NCBI GenBank assembly: GCA_947589245.1 | Contig: CANQBD010000005.1 | Span: 7 to 64,006, forward strand | DNA: 64,000 bases | Direction of reading: 5' to 3' | Source: an uncultured Anaeroplasmataceae bacterium | GTDB taxonomy: Bacteria; Bacillota_I; Bacilli_A; Acholeplasmatales; Anaeroplasmataceae | In this document: in pieces, positions 46,778-56,671 of the stretch | Layout of the letters: every line of letters starts with the position of its first letter | Position numbering within the stretch: position 1 is the stretch's first letter | The notes under the pieces: generated by a model | What the model was told of the DNA's origin: nothing | The model's input: only the letters and a program-made list of their open reading frames with translations | The model's database searches: none | Translations under genes and position numbers: made by a program

Positions 46778-47543
46778 ATTCACATAAAAATGTTCTTTTA
46801 ATTCTTTCTAGATAACTAGTTTTATTATGATAGCCTAGTCTTAAGGACTTCTCTTTTAAAGAAATTTTAATGCTCTTAAAATTATGTAAATTATACGATA
46901 AATTATCAATTGTCACATAAACATCAACATCATTAATACTCTTTAAAGTAATTACCCTTTCTTTAGCCAAAACAAATGATGAAGAAAGGGTTCGATAAGC
47001 ATTCGAATTTAAACCAGCAATTTCTGTTATTTGAATCGCTTTTATAGCTGTATCAACAACGGCTCCATGTAAAGATTTATTATAGGCTGTTGAACCATAG
47101 GCTGTTGAAACGCATAAGCCTGTGCCACGAAAAGTCTCTAGCCTTTCATTATCAATAAAAACATCTAAAATTAAAGTACGAGGTGGAGTAATAATGGTCA
47201 TTTCATTTAATGCAAAATTTAAAATCTCAGCACTATCACTTTTTACTTCACAGCATAAAGTATCGATATCATCAATTTGATAATTACCACTATTAATATC
47301 CTCAATCATCAACTCTATATCGGCAATCGTGTAGTTAGCATAAAAACCAACATGGCCTGTATGTAAGCCAAAAATAATTGCTTTAGGGTGTTTATGAGCC
47401 GCATTAATTAAAGTGCCATCTCCTCCTACAACAATCACAATATCAGGAGTTTCTTCACAATATTCTAATTTTATAGCTTTTAATAACTGATCCTTAATTT
47501 CTAAAGAAAAAGCATCATTTTTACAAAAAATACAATATTTCAT
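46776..47543 (-). CDS. nadK: NAD kinase
   Basis: 255 aa with VVGGDGTL, NEM and STAYNKS. Confidence 0.9.
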   Translation of the reverse strand: MKYCIFCKNDAFSLEIKDQLLKAIKLEYCEETPDIVIVVGGDGTLINAAHKHPKAIIFGLHTGHVGFYANYTIADIELMIEDINSGNYQIDDIDTLCCEVKSDSAEILNFALNEMTIITPPRTLILDVFIDNERLETFRGTGLCVSTAYGSTAYNKSLHGAVVDTAIKAIQITEIAGLNSNAYRTLSSSFVLAKERVITLKSINDVDVYVTIDNLSYNLHNFKSIKISLKEKSLRLGYHNKTSYLERIKRTFLCE

Positions 47544-47706
47544 AAATATCCCTATATTATAAAATTACTTAGTCAAATGAATAACTTTATAACTTTTCCT
47601 CCTAATACATATATGATAACATCTTTTATTTTATCACAATACTTGATTTTTTGAAATAAATATTAGATAATTATTATATATGTGTTTTAAAGAGGAGGTA
47701 ATGCTT

Positions 47707-48249
47707 ATGTATGCCAATAAAGAGATTGAATTTAAAACCTTTATAACTAAAGAAAAATATAATGAACTCATTGAGGAATTCAATCTGGCAAATAATATTT
47801 TTGCCCAAACAAATCATTATTTTGATACAGTCAATTCTGATTTGATGAATCAAGGTATAGTATTAAGAATTCGGCAAAAAGGAAACAGCTATAAACTAAC
47901 TAAAAAGACACATTCGGAAATTGGTTCAGATGAAACACATATTCTTTTAAACAAAGAAAAAGCAATGGAAATGCTAGCTAAGGGTTTTAATGCTCAAATA
48001 ATTGATTTACCATACGAAGTTAAAAAAAGAGCTGAATTAACAACCTATCGCGTTTCTTCTCCTTATAAAGATGGAACAATCTTCTTTGATCGTAGTGAAT
48101 ATTATGGTAATGTTGATTATGAAATTGAATATGAAGTTGATGAGGTTGAACAAGGTCTAAAAGACTTTAATGAATTTCTTAAAAACCATAATATTGAATA
48201 CAAAGAATCCATCAGAAAAAGTAAAAGAGCATTTGATAATTGTAAATAA
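47707..48249 (+). CDS. CYTH domain protein (YjbK-like triphosphatase)
   Basis: It begins EIEFKTFITKE (the ExExK motif) and has LRIR. It is divergent from nadK, matching the Bacillus yjbK/ppnK neighbourhood. The start is at the ATG 9 nt after aggagg. Confidence 0.75.
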   Translation: MYANKEIEFKTFITKEKYNELIEEFNLANNIFAQTNHYFDTVNSDLMNQGIVLRIRQKGNSYKLTKKTHSEIGSDETHILLNKEKAMEMLAKGFNAQIIDLPYEVKKRAELTTYRVSSPYKDGTIFFDRSEYYGNVDYEIEYEVDEVEQGLKDFNEFLKNHNIEYKESIRKSKRAFDNCK

Positions 48250-48283
48250 ACCCTTAAACCGAAAAGGCTTAAGGGCTTTTTTT
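48250..48283. terminator. Bidirectional terminator
   Basis: cccttaaacc-gaaaa-ggcttaaggg followed by a T-run, between convergent genes. Confidence 0.75.
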
Positions 48284-50765
48284 AATCAACACATTTTAAG
48301 GATTCAACCATTTTGATTCCTTTTATTTTTTTTATAAATAACACAACAATTAATAAGACAAAGATTAAAGTTATTAAGAAAGCATAAATAAAATTATACC
48401 AACTAATATAAGGTGAAAAATAATGACCCGCACTAGAAATTCTATCCATTACAAAATAACTTAAAATCGGTCCTAAAACAAAACCAAATAAAATCCCCAA
48501 TACACTCATAAATATAATTTCTCTAAAAATATAGCCCAATACTTCAAATTTTTGATAACCCAAAACCTTTAAAGTAGCTATCTCTTTTATTCTTTCATTA
48601 ATATTGATATTAGTTAAATTATAAATAACAATCATCGCAAGAGCTCCTGAGCATAAAATTACAACCAAAACAATAGTCTTGATACTACCAACCATTGAAT
48701 CATAATTTTTACGAGTTTGGAGCTTATCTTCAATCTGCATACCAATATCTAAACTGTAAAGTTTTTTAACAATGCTATCATAATTTAGTTTATCTTCTTC
48801 ACCAAGCTTAATCATTATCGCATTATTACTAACATTTGATACTAACTCGCGATTAACAATAACATAATTATCAATATAATTATCAAAAACACCTGTGACT
48901 TTAAAAATTTGATTCTCACCATCAATATCTAAAGTTATATCATCACCTGTCTTTAAATTGAAAGCTTTAGCTAATTGAAAAGAGATTATAACTGCATCAT
49001 CTGCAAAATTTGAAGTGTTTAAATCAAGATAATTTAAAATATTTTCATCTGTATAAAAAATACTAACATTATATTCGGTATTATCTGCTATATTACCTAT
49101 ATCTCTTCTAAAAGAAAAATATGTACTATCACTTAAAAAATCTAAATCAATTTTCGAATCTGTTTCTAATAAAAAATCATATTTCAATATTTCATCATAC
49201 TGTACTCGCGAAAGAGATCCCATTGAATCATTTAAACTCAGCCCAACTAATAAAAGTCCTGTACACCCACCAATACCAACAATCATCATAATTAAATTTC
49301 GTTTAAATCTAAACACATTTCTTAATGCTGATTTATATCGGAATTTCAAATGTGACCAAAGGATATTAATCCGTTCAAGCAAGATTCTTTTGCCAGCCTT
49401 AGGAGCCTTAGGAACAAGTAAAGCATTAGGACGTTCTTTGAGAGTCTTTAAGCAAACAAAAATCATAACAATGAAAATAGTTAAAACCATTGATATACTT
49501 GCTAGGGAAATGATTAAGGGATTCCACGCAAAAACCCCAGTAGGTAAAACAAATAAAGTTACATAACAATTATAAATTACAATAGGTAAAATATATACTC
49601 CCGATATAATACCTAAACCAGCACCTATTAAACATGAAAATAAAGCATAAAATAAATATTTACTTAAAATTGTAGTATTGGCATAGCCTAAAGATTTTAA
49701 AGTACCAATACTCATTCGATCTTCACTAACCATTCTAGTTATAGAGGTTAAAGCGATTAGTGCCGCAATAAAAAAGAAAAAGAAAGGAAAGACAACCGCA
49801 ATTCTATTTACTTTATTAGAATTTTCCTTAAAAGCTAAATAACTAACATTACTACGACAATCTAAAACATACCATCTTAAAGTTAATTGAGCCAATTCTT
49901 GATTACTTAATTCTAAAAGCTTTTCTTCAACAAACTCATCTAACATGGCATCAGGAACAAGACCTGACATAGACTCTTTAATTTCTTCTTTATATTCTAA
50001 ACTAATTGTTTCATAAACCTCATTAAATAAAGCATTGTAGCGCTCTTCTAAATAATTAGAACTAATAGCTGCTATTTCATCTTTATACAAATCTATAAAA
50101 GCATAATAATCATTAGAAAAACGATTATAACCTACGGCACCCTTTAAGGTAAACGCCAAATCAGTGATATTACTTATGGCATTATATCTACTATCTAAAT
50201 AAATATAGGCTTCAACATTTCCCATTCCTATTGAAGTAGGTTCAATTCTTTTATAATAATAAACTGGAGACTGACACATCCCAACAATTTTATAATTATA
50301 ACCATCAATAGTAACTATTTCATCTAAACAAGCATTATCCTCAAAATAATCTTTAGCTAAAACAATACATTCATCACTATTTTCAGGCAGTCTTCCATCT
50401 ACAAGTTTAAGCTTATTAACATTACTATCAAAAGGCATAGTAATAATTCTTGAGGCTAACTCCATGCCATTATAGTTTGTTAATTCATCAGTTTCTTCAT
50501 AAGCAATTATATCTTCAATAAACTCAAATTCTGTTTTTAATTTGCCAGCATCTTCTTCGGAAAAACCAACAGTACTCTTAATTAAAATATCATAAGTGTT
50601 TTGTTCATCATAAAAGGTATCTAAAGATAGCTGTAAATCAGGAGTGGCCGATAACAAACCAATTAAAAAGCCAACACCTAATGTTACTATTGCAATAATG
50701 GCGATAAAACGAGAAAGATTATGCCAAAGATCTTTAAAGACCGTTTTAATAAAAGTCTTTTTCAC
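48282..50765 (-). CDS. ABC transporter permease with two FtsX-like domains (MacB-type)
   Basis: 827 aa with the layout TM, large extracytoplasmic domain, 3 TM, repeated twice. Each repeat contains an FtsX-type motif (GTLKSLGY, ATLKVLGY). Confidence 0.85.
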   Translation of the reverse strand: MKKTFIKTVFKDLWHNLSRFIAIIAIVTLGVGFLIGLLSATPDLQLSLDTFYDEQNTYDILIKSTVGFSEEDAGKLKTEFEFIEDIIAYEETDELTNYNGMELASRIITMPFDSNVNKLKLVDGRLPENSDECIVLAKDYFEDNACLDEIVTIDGYNYKIVGMCQSPVYYYKRIEPTSIGMGNVEAYIYLDSRYNAISNITDLAFTLKGAVGYNRFSNDYYAFIDLYKDEIAAISSNYLEERYNALFNEVYETISLEYKEEIKESMSGLVPDAMLDEFVEEKLLELSNQELAQLTLRWYVLDCRSNVSYLAFKENSNKVNRIAVVFPFFFFFIAALIALTSITRMVSEDRMSIGTLKSLGYANTTILSKYLFYALFSCLIGAGLGIISGVYILPIVIYNCYVTLFVLPTGVFAWNPLIISLASISMVLTIFIVMIFVCLKTLKERPNALLVPKAPKAGKRILLERINILWSHLKFRYKSALRNVFRFKRNLIMMIVGIGGCTGLLLVGLSLNDSMGSLSRVQYDEILKYDFLLETDSKIDLDFLSDSTYFSFRRDIGNIADNTEYNVSIFYTDENILNYLDLNTSNFADDAVIISFQLAKAFNLKTGDDITLDIDGENQIFKVTGVFDNYIDNYVIVNRELVSNVSNNAIMIKLGEEDKLNYDSIVKKLYSLDIGMQIEDKLQTRKNYDSMVGSIKTIVLVVILCSGALAMIVIYNLTNININERIKEIATLKVLGYQKFEVLGYIFREIIFMSVLGILFGFVLGPILSYFVMDRISSAGHYFSPYISWYNFIYAFLITLIFVLLIVVLFIKKIKGIKMVESLKCVD

Positions 50766-50771
50766 CTTTTA

Positions 50772-51473
50772 TCACCACTCAATCTCTTCAATAGGCACAG
50801 GATTATCATTGTAATATTCTTCAACAACTTCACCATTACGAACCCTAATAACATGATCAGCCATCTTCGTTAAAGCTCCATTATGGGTTATGACAATGAC
50901 TGTCTTTCGATTGTTACGGCATGTATCATATAATAATCTTAAAATACTTTTACCCGTTAAATAATCTAAAGCTCCTGTCGGCTCATCACATAATAAAATC
51001 TTCGGATTTTTAGCTATGGCTCTAGCAATACTAACTCTTTGTTGTTCCCCACCAGATAGTTGAGCAGGAAAATTATTCATTCTTTCATTTAAGCCAACAG
51101 AATTTAGAACCTCCTCTGGATTCAAAGGATTCTTACAAATTTCAACGGCAATTTCTAAATTTTCTAAAGCTGTCAAATTAGGCATCAGATTATAGAATTG
51201 AAAAACAAAACCAACAGCATATCTTCGATAGTTGGTTAATTCTTTTTCTTTTAATTTCGTTAAGTCTGTACCATCCACGAAAATACTACCCTCTTCAGCT
51301 GTTTCCATACCACCTAATAAATTTAAAATGGTTGTTTTACCAGCCCCCGAAGGTCCTACAATAACACAGAATTCTCCTTCAGCTATATCAAAACTAATAT
51401 TATTATTTGCAATAATTTCTTGACTCCCTGTCTGATATTTTTTTGTGACATTTTTAAAACTTACATATTCCAT
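50772..51473 (-). CDS. ABC transporter ATP-binding protein (MacB/LolD type)
   Basis: Contains [34 protein letters not shown] and ITHN. Confidence 0.92.
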   Translation of the reverse strand: MEYVSFKNVTKKYQTGSQEIIANNNISFDIAEGEFCVIVGPSGAGKTTILNLLGGMETAEEGSIFVDGTDLTKLKEKELTNYRRYAVGFVFQFYNLMPNLTALENLEIAVEICKNPLNPEEVLNSVGLNERMNNFPAQLSGGEQQRVSIARAIAKNPKILLCDEPTGALDYLTGKSILRLLYDTCRNNRKTVIVITHNGALTKMADHVIRVRNGEVVEEYYNDNPVPIEEIEW

Positions 51474-51631
51474 CAAGAGCCACCTCCATTTTAAATAAAT
51501 TATATTTATTATTCTATTTTATAAACTTTATAGTGTCAATAATTAATCAAGATAATTAGCTTAAATAAATTGCAAAAAAAGTTATTTTATGCTATTTTAA
51601 AGATACTGTTGGAAGAAATTAAGGTGATAAA

Positions 51632-52414
51632 GTGCATATCATAAATAAAAACCACAAAATAATCCATTTAATTAAAGAAATTAATAAATCTAATAAACAC
51701 CCTACGCTAATTGTTAGTGATGATTTAGAGGTTTTAAAAATTGCTAATAAATGGGAATATGAAATACCCTATTTATTAAACTGTTATGAATTTGAATATA
51801 AAACTGAAACAAAACATCTTCTAACTAATTTACAAAAACAAGCTAAGGAATCTTATACCATATCTAGCAGCACCTATGATCTAATTAAAACTAAAGAAAA
51901 TCATGCTGGAATTATCGCTGTCATTAAATTAAAAGAATATGATTTTAATGCTTTAGGTGATTTTATTGTCGTATTAGACCATTTAGAAATACCCGGTAAC
52001 ATTGGTACTATTTATCGAACCTTAGATGCTTGTAAAGCCACTGGTGTCATTTTAGTAGATCCAATCAGTAAACCTAATAATTCTAAATTGTTAGCTGCCT
52101 CTAGAGGTACTAATTTAATTATTCCAACCATTTCAACAACCTACGATGATGCATTAAGCTACCTTCTGGCAAACAACTATGATATTTATTTAGGAGAACC
52201 AGAACTTGGTTTTAATTATCAAGAATATAATTATCAAGGAAAAATCGCTTTAGTAGTTGGTAATGAGCGTTTTGGTATTAACCCTCAATGGTACAACAAT
52301 CCTCATAAGAAAGTATTTATCCCGATGAATGGTTTTAATAATAGCTTAAATGTTGGAGTAGCAGCCTCTATTCTTGCTTATGAGGCAGCAATGAAAAGAA
52401 ACAATTTTAAATAA
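51632..52414 (+). CDS. SpoU/TrmH family RNA 2'-O-methyltransferase with an N-terminal extension
   Basis: 260 aa with a GTG start, LDHLEIPGNIGTIYRTLDA, VVGNERFGI and IPMNGFNNSLNVGVAASILAYE. Confidence 0.75.
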   Translation: MHIINKNHKIIHLIKEINKSNKHPTLIVSDDLEVLKIANKWEYEIPYLLNCYEFEYKTETKHLLTNLQKQAKESYTISSSTYDLIKTKENHAGIIAVIKLKEYDFNALGDFIVVLDHLEIPGNIGTIYRTLDACKATGVILVDPISKPNNSKLLAASRGTNLIIPTISTTYDDALSYLLANNYDIYLGEPELGFNYQEYNYQGKIALVVGNERFGINPQWYNNPHKKVFIPMNGFNNSLNVGVAASILAYEAAMKRNNFK

Positions 52415-52445
52415 AAAAGGTCAACCCATGTGGATTGACCTTTTT
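52415..52445. terminator. Bidirectional terminator
   Basis: aaaaggtcaa-cccatgtgga-ttgacctttt. Confidence 0.75.
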
Positions 52446-52448
52446 AAA

Positions 52449-52805
52449 TTATCGACGTTCCTTAATACGCGCAGCCTTAGCTGATAAGTTACGAATATAG
52501 TTAAGTTTAGCACGACGTACTTTACCTTTTCTAGTAACTTCAATATGGTCGATATTAGGTGTATGAACAGGGAATGTACGTTCTACACCAATTCCGTATG
52601 ACATCTTTCTAACTGTAAAAGTTTCAGAAATGCCACCACCTTGACGCTTAATAACTAAACCCTCAAAAACCTGAATACGATGAGTTTCGCCTTCAATGAT
52701 TTTTACGTAAACCTTTACGCTATCACCAGGACGGAAATCAGGTCTTTCCTTTAAATATTGAGCAGTAATCTCATTAATTAAAGCTTGGCCCTTTGCGTTT
52801 GCCAT
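52449..52805 (-). CDS. rplS: 50S ribosomal protein L19
   Basis: Contains [37 protein letters not shown] and RRAKLNYIR. The start is at the ATG after aaggag. Confidence 0.95.
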   Translation of the reverse strand: MANAKGQALINEITAQYLKERPDFRPGDSVKVYVKIIEGETHRIQVFEGLVIKRQGGGISETFTVRKMSYGIGVERTFPVHTPNIDHIEVTRKGKVRRAKLNYIRNLSAKAARIKERR

Positions 52806-52930
52806 AAATCTCAACTCCTTATCCACCAAAGCTCATAGCCATTATAAATCCCTATTGCCAGCGGAGCATTGTGCTTTACTGTTTTTATTAACAGCTTTTT
52901 AATTCTATCATAAAACCTTTGCTATTGCAA
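52806..52930 (-). promoter_or_regulatory. rplS promoter plus a leader of about 95 nt (candidate L19 autoregulatory leader)
   Basis: Minus strand has TTGCAA (52925-52930), a 17-bp spacer, then TGaTAGAAT (-10 hexamer at 52902-52907). The leader contains the hairpin ctgtt-aataaaa-acag. Confidence 0.4.
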
Positions 52931-52943
52931 GCCCTTTTTAAAG

Positions 52944-53234
52944 CTATTTTTTATGCTTAGAATACAAAGAATAATACTCAGCAAAGATTTCATTAATTAA
53001 ATCTTCATTTTCTTCTAAAACAAGTTCAGCTTCATTATTCTTTCTAACAATTCTAAAAACTAAAACATCATCAGGTAAGACATCCTTAGCAAGCGGATGA
53101 AGAATCGTAAATAAATCATCAGCAATTGGAATTAATGCCACTTGTTCAAATTTAAATATTTCACCATTAGTTCCTTTTAATGAAATTAATTCATTATTAT
53201 TCTCATCCAAAATTTGATCAATAACATTTTTCAT
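52944..53234 (-). CDS. DUF1292 family protein
   Basis: 96-aa acidic protein (GTNGEIFKFEQVALIPIADDLFTILHP, VLVFRIV, EENEDLINEIFAEY). Confidence 0.65.
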   Translation of the reverse strand: MKNVIDQILDENNNELISLKGTNGEIFKFEQVALIPIADDLFTILHPLAKDVLPDDVLVFRIVRKNNEAELVLEENEDLINEIFAEYYSLYSKHKK

Positions 53235-54631
53235 TAGCCATTTAAAACCTCATTCTTATATGTAACCTTTTCCTTCTTTGTTGTAATAGTTACATTTTCA
53301 AATCTTATATCTTTACATAAACTTAAATCTAAAGCCTCATCGGCCTTAATATTAACATTTTTAAAAGTGAGATCATGAATAGGTAATTCCTTTAAACCAT
53401 TAATTCTAACAGCTATCTTGGCTCCATTACAATTAATATTTTCTAAAAGAATATCTTTAAATTCTGGTATATCCTCTTTAATAGTTGAAGACATCTCATC
53501 AGTAGCTTCCGTTTCTAGATTACGTAAAACATAGCCCATTGTAAAGATGCAAGCCTCTTCTAAAATATTAGACATTAAAATATTTCTAATTGTAATATCC
53601 TTAACAACCCCACCACGACCAATGGCTGATTTAAATCTTATACCAATATCCGTTCCAATAAATGTCGAGTCCTCGACTAAAATATTTTTAACACCCCGAC
53701 TCATCTCACTACCAACAACAAAGCCACCATGAGCATCAAAAACCTTACAGTCATGAATCCAAACATTTTTACATGGACCAGTCGTTTTACGAGCTAAAGC
53801 ATTTTTGCCTGATTTAAGACAAATTCCATCATCACCAACTTCAAAAATAGTCCCAACAATTTCACAGTTTTGACAAGATTCTAAATCTAAACCATCACCA
53901 TTTTGGGCAGAAAATTTATTTCTAACCTTAGCATTTTTCAAAGTGAAGTTCGTACAAAACCAAGGATGAATATTCCAAGCTGGTGAATTTTGGATTGTAA
54001 TGTCTTCTATTAAAATCTTATCACAATTAACTAAGGATAATAACACAGGTCGATATAAATCATAATTTTGACTAGCTATCTCTAAAGCCTTTGGATCATT
54101 ATAATCTGGTTCACCCTTTAAAACACCTTCATAAATAGTTTTAGTTGGATACCAAATACCACCTTCTTTAGTCTCCTTTACATAAGGACTTAGCTTTAAG
54201 CATCTAGACCACTCTTTTTCAGTCAATTTAAATTTTTTAATTCCTCGCCACAAAAAACCATTACCATCAATTACACCATGACCTGTAATAGCAATATTAC
54301 TTTGATTTCTAGCCGAAATTGGCGATGTTGCTCTAATACGTCTTTGACCTTCATAATCAGTCCAAATTAAAGGATATTCTTCTTTAGATTTAGTGAATTG
54401 TAAAAAAGCATTATCTTCTAAATGAAGATTAACATCACTCTTTAACTGAATAGGACCTGTTAAAAAATAGCCGTTAGGAACAATGACACTACCACCACCA
54501 TTTTGACTGCAAGTATCAATAGCCTTTTGAATAGCCTCACGATTATTAAAATCCAATTCAGATTTAGCACCATAATCTAAAATACTATAACAAGCATTGC
54601 GAAAATTAGGTTTTTCAATTTTAAAATCCAT
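53234..54631 (-). CDS. Glycoside hydrolase family 28 (polygalacturonase-like)
   Basis: 465 aa with NGDGLD, GDDGICLKSG, HGGFVVGSE and IRFKS, the GH28 catalytic motifs in a parallel beta-helix repeat. No signal peptide is obvious. Confidence 0.85.
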   Translation of the reverse strand: MDFKIEKPNFRNACYSILDYGAKSELDFNNREAIQKAIDTCSQNGGGSVIVPNGYFLTGPIQLKSDVNLHLEDNAFLQFTKSKEEYPLIWTDYEGQRRIRATSPISARNQSNIAITGHGVIDGNGFLWRGIKKFKLTEKEWSRCLKLSPYVKETKEGGIWYPTKTIYEGVLKGEPDYNDPKALEIASQNYDLYRPVLLSLVNCDKILIEDITIQNSPAWNIHPWFCTNFTLKNAKVRNKFSAQNGDGLDLESCQNCEIVGTIFEVGDDGICLKSGKNALARKTTGPCKNVWIHDCKVFDAHGGFVVGSEMSRGVKNILVEDSTFIGTDIGIRFKSAIGRGGVVKDITIRNILMSNILEEACIFTMGYVLRNLETEATDEMSSTIKEDIPEFKDILLENINCNGAKIAVRINGLKELPIHDLTFKNVNIKADEALDLSLCKDIRFENVTITTKKEKVTYKNEVLNG

Positions 54632-54663
54632 CTGTCATCACACTCCATTTTGATTATATAATA

Positions 54664-54691
54664 TAAAATAAAAGTGGTCAATTGACCACCT
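54664..54691 (-). terminator. Terminator of the Wzz-like gene
   Basis: The palindrome gtggtcaattgaccac followed by a T-rich tract on the minus strand. Confidence 0.75.
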
Positions 54692-54697
54692 TAATTT

Positions 54698-56005
54698 TTA
54701 TTCTTTTGTTTCTTCTTCATTGTCTTTTTTAGACTGTGAACTAAAAGCTTTTTTATCTTTTAAATAAGAAGGCAAATCAATAATTAGATTAACACAGCAG
54801 CCAACAATGAAACCTAAAACCAAACTACCAATAACACCAATAATTAAATTTATACCACCAGAACCAGTAATTACAGAACTATTTGAATAAACAACATATG
54901 AATATTCATTATAAATTTCGTTTCTAAATGCAGAATAAGTTTTGGTAAAGCCAGCTATCTTAGCAATATATTGATTAATTTTATCATCAAATTGCTTATT
55001 TTTTTCTTTGTCACCATTTTCATAATTTTCAATAAAGTGATCATATTCATCACTAATAATATGATCTATTTCATCATTACGAGTTGAAAGGGTGGTGATT
55101 TGTTCAATAATTGGGCTGATAGACTCAATAAAAGTTTGCCCTGAAGTACCATTAAGTATATCCATAATACTTCTAATGCGGTCTTCAAGACCTTGAATCT
55201 TAGCCTCATTTAATTGTTTTTCTAGTAGTAATTCTTCCTTTTGCCGATGAACACTTTCAATAAAGTCAGAGCCTTCCTTTAAATAACCATTTTGTTTTAC
55301 TTCAATAGGTAAAGTTTCAATTCGATTATCATTAAAATATTGAGTTAATTCAACATAAACTTGACTTAACGTTTGACCATTGACTGTAAAACCATTACCA
55401 TAGGCATCAATAAGACTTTGATAGCCATCAATTAATAAATCTCTTTGAAGTACTAAATTATTAATCTGAGTAACATAGTCAGAAGCATTAGTTGCTAAAA
55501 GAAGATAAAAATCATAACTTAAAGTTTGACCAACTTTAATTACATATTCAATAGGCTGTTTAGCCAAATCTTCTAAAAATTCTTTAGCTTGACCAGTTGA
55601 TGAAAAATATTTTTGAGGCACAACTATTGTATATTTTCTTGATATTATAGAATTATTTAAAGATTCTACTTCTTGATTGATAGATATATCATTTTCATTA
55701 GCAATTTTTTCAACATCAATTGATTCATAATCAGTTTTTGAACTTTTAACTGCTTGAAGATTGGCTAAAGAAATAAAATCTGAATAATTGACACTTTTAC
55801 CATCTGGATATTTTGCTGATTCATAACCTAAAAAATCTAATTCATACTCAATAGTGTACATTTCATGACTAGGATTATAAATTAATTCAACTAAAATAAC
55901 TCCTATAATCATGACAAAAACAGTTATCCCTAATAAAAGCCATTTTTTAATAAACATTACATGGAAAATTTCACCTAATGAAATTCCTTCTTCTTTTTGT
56001 TCCAT
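54698..56005 (-). CDS. Polysaccharide co-polymerase (Wzz/chain-length determinant)-like membrane protein
   Basis: 435 aa with an N-terminal ISLGEIFHVMFIKKWLLLGITVF TM, a helical extracytoplasmic domain of about 330 aa, a C-terminal TM and a charged tail, i.e. PCP-like topology. Confidence 0.5.
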   Translation of the reverse strand: MEQKEEGISLGEIFHVMFIKKWLLLGITVFVMIIGVILVELIYNPSHEMYTIEYELDFLGYESAKYPDGKSVNYSDFISLANLQAVKSSKTDYESIDVEKIANENDISINQEVESLNNSIISRKYTIVVPQKYFSSTGQAKEFLEDLAKQPIEYVIKVGQTLSYDFYLLLATNASDYVTQINNLVLQRDLLIDGYQSLIDAYGNGFTVNGQTLSQVYVELTQYFNDNRIETLPIEVKQNGYLKEGSDFIESVHRQKEELLLEKQLNEAKIQGLEDRIRSIMDILNGTSGQTFIESISPIIEQITTLSTRNDEIDHIISDEYDHFIENYENGDKEKNKQFDDKINQYIAKIAGFTKTYSAFRNEIYNEYSYVVYSNSSVITGSGGINLIIGVIGSLVLGFIVGCCVNLIIDLPSYLKDKKAFSSQSKKDNEEETKE

Positions 56006-56066
56006 AGTTATTCTCCTTTAAATTATGTCTAATTATACTTTATTTTACATAATTAGTCAATCTGTG

Positions 56067-56567
56067 TCATTTTGTTGTCGAACCAAAGCCACCATTTCTA
56101 ATATCTTCAACATCATCAGAAAAAGTTAGCCCAAATTCGACAAAAATGCCTTGCATAAAACCTTCACCCTTTTTAATAGTTAAAGTCTTATTTTCATTTG
56201 AATCATTGGTTATTTTGGCAAAAATATGACCCTCATTATCGGAATTATAATAGTCACTATCAATAATCCCAACTGTATTATTTAATTGAAGACGATATTT
56301 AAATCCTAAACCACTTCGAGGGTAAAGCATCAAAACATAATTTTCAGCAATTTTGACCCGAATACCTGTTGGAATTTTAATCGTTTGATTAGGTGCTAAA
56401 GAAATATCAAATGGAGCAAAAAAATCATAACCAGCTGAACCTTTTGTAGCTCTTCTTGGTAGCTTTAAAGATTTATATACTTCTAGAACATCAGCTTCAT
56501 TATAGGCACTTTGATATTCTTTTAAAGAAACTATTTCAAAATTTGCAACTCTTTTAAAATCACTCAT
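56067..56567 (-). CDS. dut: dUTP diphosphatase (trimeric dUTPase)
   Basis: Contains ATKGSAGYDF, PRSGLG, GIIDSDY and RNGGFGSTT. The start is at the ATG 8 nt after gagga. Confidence 0.88.
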   Translation of the reverse strand: MSDFKRVANFEIVSLKEYQSAYNEADVLEVYKSLKLPRRATKGSAGYDFFAPFDISLAPNQTIKIPTGIRVKIAENYVLMLYPRSGLGFKYRLQLNNTVGIIDSDYYNSDNEGHIFAKITNDSNENKTLTIKKGEGFMQGIFVEFGLTFSDDVEDIRNGGFGSTTK

Positions 56568-56640
56568 ACCCATTTTCCTCATAATTTTTTTCGACAAATT
56601 ATCTAATGAAATTTTACCATTAAATAGAATTATTTGCAAA

Positions 56641-56664
56641 TAAAAAGTGGAGTTGCCTCCACTT
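56641..56664 (-). terminator. pgi terminator
   Basis: aagtggag-ttgc-ctccactt with a T-run on the minus strand. Confidence 0.8.
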
Positions 56665-56671
56665 ATAATTT

